Shown here: piece by piece, positions 60,044 to 64,000 of the stretch
Position numbering within the stretch: position 1 is the stretch's first letter
Layout of the letters: each line of letters begins with the position of its first letter
Assembly: GCA_012295275.1 (NCBI GenBank)
Contig: CM022678.1
Coordinates: 5,642,001 to 5,706,000, forward strand
DNA from: Chrysomallon squamiferum
Taxonomy: Eukaryota > Animalia > Mollusca
Direction: 5' to 3'
Length of the DNA stretch: 64,000 bases
The notes under the pieces: model-generated
Told to the model about the DNA's origin: nothing
Databases searched by the model: none
What the model saw: only the letters and a program-made list of their open reading frames with translations
Translations under genes and position numbers: made by a program

Positions 60044-60219
60044 TGTGTTTTTTTTTATCTATTTCATTTTTTATTTATTTTATAAAATGTATTTATTACA
60101 ACTTTAACAGTCTACATTTTAACTAAGGTTGTGCGTAATCTGTGTGTGTGCGTTTATTCAGATTTGTAGTAGTAGTTTCAGTTGCAGCAGTGTGTTGTTG
60201 TTCTTGTAATTGTAGTAGC

Positions 60220-60253
<34 letters not shown>

Positions 60254-60416
60254 ATAGTAGTAGTAGTAGTAGTAGTAGTAACTGTATTAGTAGTAACAGA
60301 AACAAAAACATAAAAATAATAAAATAAAATAAAAACAAAATAAAATAAATGAAAAATAAATGAGAAAGATAAGCAATAAATAAATGAATAAATAAATAAA
60401 TAGCAAATAATAATAA

Positions 60417-60479
<63 letters not shown>

Positions 60480-61457
60480 ACAGATAGATAAATAGATAAA
60501 TAAATAAATAAATAAATAAATAAGTAAATAAATTAAGTAAAAGAAACCCTAAAGCATATTGCACTTACAAGCAGTCAGTCACATATTAATCACAATAAAA
60601 CGCATATTTGAAAGATAAAAACCTATGCGCTATAATTCATTTCAATTCCTTTGGGCGCACTCAAGTTTTCCATCACAAAAAAAAAAAAAAAAATCACAGA
60701 AATAATTATGTATCTTTATTTACGCCCAGTTCTAAAAAGTACACAGTTTAAAATAGAACACTAATCAAAGAGGAAAACAGTAAAATCTCTGTAACAGTTT
60801 TGAAGAGTGGATAAATAGACAGATGGACGGACAAACATACATTCACATGCAGACAGATACATACACACGGACACACAAAACAAACGACCTTACATTAGAC
60901 TTTTTTTTTTTTTTTTAATCATCGCAAAGGTTTCGACAAAAAAAAAAAAAAAAAAAAAAAAATACAACCGTCGACTGTTAACGCTTGTAAACCATAAAGC
61001 GTAGCAACGTGCAATGCCACCAGTGCGGCGATGGCGGAAAGCAGCAAATAACGAGGGAAAGAAATAAGTTTTTAAATCGCAAATGACACTAAAGTCCACC
61101 TGCGGTACCAAACTGCAATTCGACTTGGAGTTTCAGAGATAAAGTTAGCACTAACAGCGCCCGCTATCGGCGAGAAGGGACGTCTGCTGATAACTGGAAG
61201 CCTGTTGAAAGGTCGAATGTGCCAGACGGCGTTATAAATTGATTTGCCGACTCCGTTTGACTACGTCGACGTGAACATCTGATTCAACAACGCGGTCGAC
61301 AGCGTTTTTGTGACGTGTGATGCCTGCGAACAACGTCGGTCGGCATTTGTCAGCTACTGCACCGGCTAAACTTTTTTTTTTTTTTTTTTTTTTTAGGAAA
61401 ATTGAGGGGAAAGCTCGAATGTGTTAGTGTGTGAGTATGTGAGAAAAGACAGACAGA

Positions 61458-61523
<66 letters not shown>

Positions 61524-62506
61524 TGTGTGTGTGTTGATACGTATGTCTGAGAGTGAACAAATGTACGATGGAATAAATGAATATTTTTCAGCAACAACAC
61601 CAAAAAAAATTCTACGAAAATTCAAGAAAAAAGCTTTTTACTTTTTTAACATCTTTTTAAAAATGTCTAAGAATGAAAAACAAATGAATAAATAAATATT
61701 ATTTGTCAGCCACTGCAGCAGCTAAAGATATTCTTTTTAACAAAAACGAGTGGAAAAGCTGCAAATGTATCAGTGAAAGTATAAATGTATAAAATTTATG
61801 TGTGTGTGTGTGAGAGAGAGTGCGTGTGCGTGTGTATAAACGACACAATGAAGGATACGAAAAAATAAACAAACGTACGAACTGACATTTCTTTTGGCCA
61901 TCATAGCCGTATCATTAAGAAATTTCGGCTAATACCACTGACAATTTCTGTTGTCGTTTTTTTTTTTTCTTTTCTCTGTCCCACCAGTTTTTACAACTGA
62001 TATTAAACTAAGGAGACACATCAGTCATAATGACATTACTTTCTCACATATCGCGAACGGAATTTTAAAGTTGTTTTTTTTTTTTTTTTTTCCTGTGAGT
62101 AAACAAACCACATTAAATCATGTTTTCTGATCGTTTTTAATTAACTGTTTTAAACTGCGAGTTATTCTCACCCCTGTGTTGATAGTTCTAAGTAAAAACA
62201 CGGCTAATATTTTACCACTGTTTCTTCAACGGTAACCATAGTGACAGTTTCCAGACAGTCTATGCTGATTGAAGAATAAAACACCGAGCAATCGTTGCTA
62301 AAGTCTTTGCTTTTTTAATCTTGGAATCACAAATTTTGTTTTGAGCAATTCTGTGGAGTGACTCTCTCATGAAAGCATAACTTGATTTTTTTTTTTTTTT
62401 TTTTTATAATCATTTATTCCTCTTTCGAATTATTAAAAATATGAAGCACTGTTAAATTCTAGTGAGTGTACACCCTTGAAATTTATTCTGAAACTTAAGA
62501 TATATT

Positions 62507-62541
<35 letters not shown>

Positions 62542-64000
62542 TTTTATTATTATTATTACTTGTTTTTTGTTTGTTTTTTTTTTTTTTTTTATACCGATTG
62601 ACTTTCTATCTGTCAGTTATTTTTGAATGATTTAATATTTATATTCACATAAATGTGCTAAGAAAACTGCTTTATTTCTATAAATTTTTATATTAAAAAA
62701 CACGATTAAAACATTTTTAACAATAAAGATAAATAACTGTAAAAATAGTTATCTAAAAATAATGATAATAATAATATAATAACAACGACAACAACAAAAA
62801 ATCCAAAAAATAGAATAAAATCTACCTGCTAATAAATTACTGTTTTCCAATCATTAAAATATAAATAACAGCGAATTAAATGTTAAATATGATTATATAC
62901 ACACCCTCGCTCAAAAAAAACCATATGTATTTCTATCTATCTAGATATACTGATATATAATTACGTATATGGTTGTGTTTATGAATTTTTAGATAACTAT
63001 ATAAATCATATGGCAATCAAACACACCAAAGATATTTAAAAGAAATAATTTAGAATATATATATATATTTAATATTTTTTCTTTTCTTTTCTTTTCTTTT
63101 CTTTTCTGTGAAAATATCTTTTTTTCACCTATCAGCCTATACAGTTAGTCTCGCGATATTTATTTAATCTTCTGTATTACAGAAACAAGATTATTTACTT
63201 TCTTTATCACAGGCCTGAACGCCTGAGAGGGACTTTTTATCAAAAATAAACCCTCCCCATAGTAAAAGTGTAATCATGTTTACAAGCCCGGATAAACGCC
63301 ATAGAGAAAAAAAAAAAAAAAAAAAAAGCGCAGTAATCTCCGTTATGTAAAAACCAACAGAGCTGATTGGTGGTGTAGATATCACGTGATATGATGTCGC
63401 AACGATTTTTTTTTTTAAGTCCGTTAAAGGATTTCCCACAGCGATGTCCAATGTCGTGTGATATGACGTCACGTCGCGGTGAATTTTATTAATGAATATT
63501 TATAAGGCAAATTAGTTTTGTAAATGTCACGTTGATTTGACGTTTATTATTAGATCATCGGAAGAATTGTTATTACAATAATAATAATAATAATAATGAT
63601 AATAATAATAGTTGTTGATGTCGTTGTTGTTGTAGTTCAGCAGTAGTAGCTGCACTAATGGTTCATATTAGTTTTTATTTTTCTGTTTATTTTCATTGTT
63701 TTATTAATTCTTTATGTGTATGTTTGCGTCTTTTATTTATTTATTTATTTTATTTATTTATTTATTTTCATTTTATTTTATTTTTTTTTTTTTTTTTTTT
63801 ACTTTTTTATTTTTTTTTATTTTTTCGTACTTTCCTACCTTCTTCTTTATTTATACTTTCTTCCTTTCCTTTTTCTCTGTCTTTCTTTATTCGTTTCCTT
63901 TATCTTCCTTCTCTATTCCATCATTTCTTTTTTCATTATTTTTATTTTTATATCTATTTTATTTTATTTTATTTATTTTATTTTATTTATTTTTTGGAGG

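Noticed and set aside
60557-60577. miR-92-like TATTGCACTT (similar partial hits: miR-133-like at 19143, miR-10-like at 54885, miR-31-like at 3310, miR-124-like at 12117 and 20753)
   Set aside because: Only 8-13 nt partial matches, with no precursor hairpin seen.

Overview
This is AT-rich eukaryotic DNA, almost certainly animal, and very dense in microsatellites. That density is typical of SSR-rich invertebrates such as octopod cephalopods or penaeid shrimp, but the taxon cannot be fixed from this window. I recognise no protein-coding gene, rRNA, tRNA, known miRNA, intact transposon or CRISPR array, and nearly all supplied ORFs are translations of microsatellites. The window reads as a large intron or regulatory intergenic region. 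Roughly 40-45 short (0.2-0.8 kb) CpG-rich islands of complex sequence lie about every 1-2 kb in a sea of simple repeats and several degenerate minisatellites. The islands carry strong TF-motif matches (CTCF x2, a perfect DR1, 9 perfect CREs, Sox, POU6-like, K50-homeodomain, p53-like, NRF1, YY1) and a few low-confidence exon candidates. The most unusual signal is architectural: most islands have A-rich repeats on the left and T-rich repeats on the right, so base skew flips at each island. A recurrent unassigned motif (T)CGTCTGC(T) and a 31-bp-phased array with a conserved core and variable spacers are also notable. None of this demonstrates a new biological system; these are testable leads. All counts are by eye.
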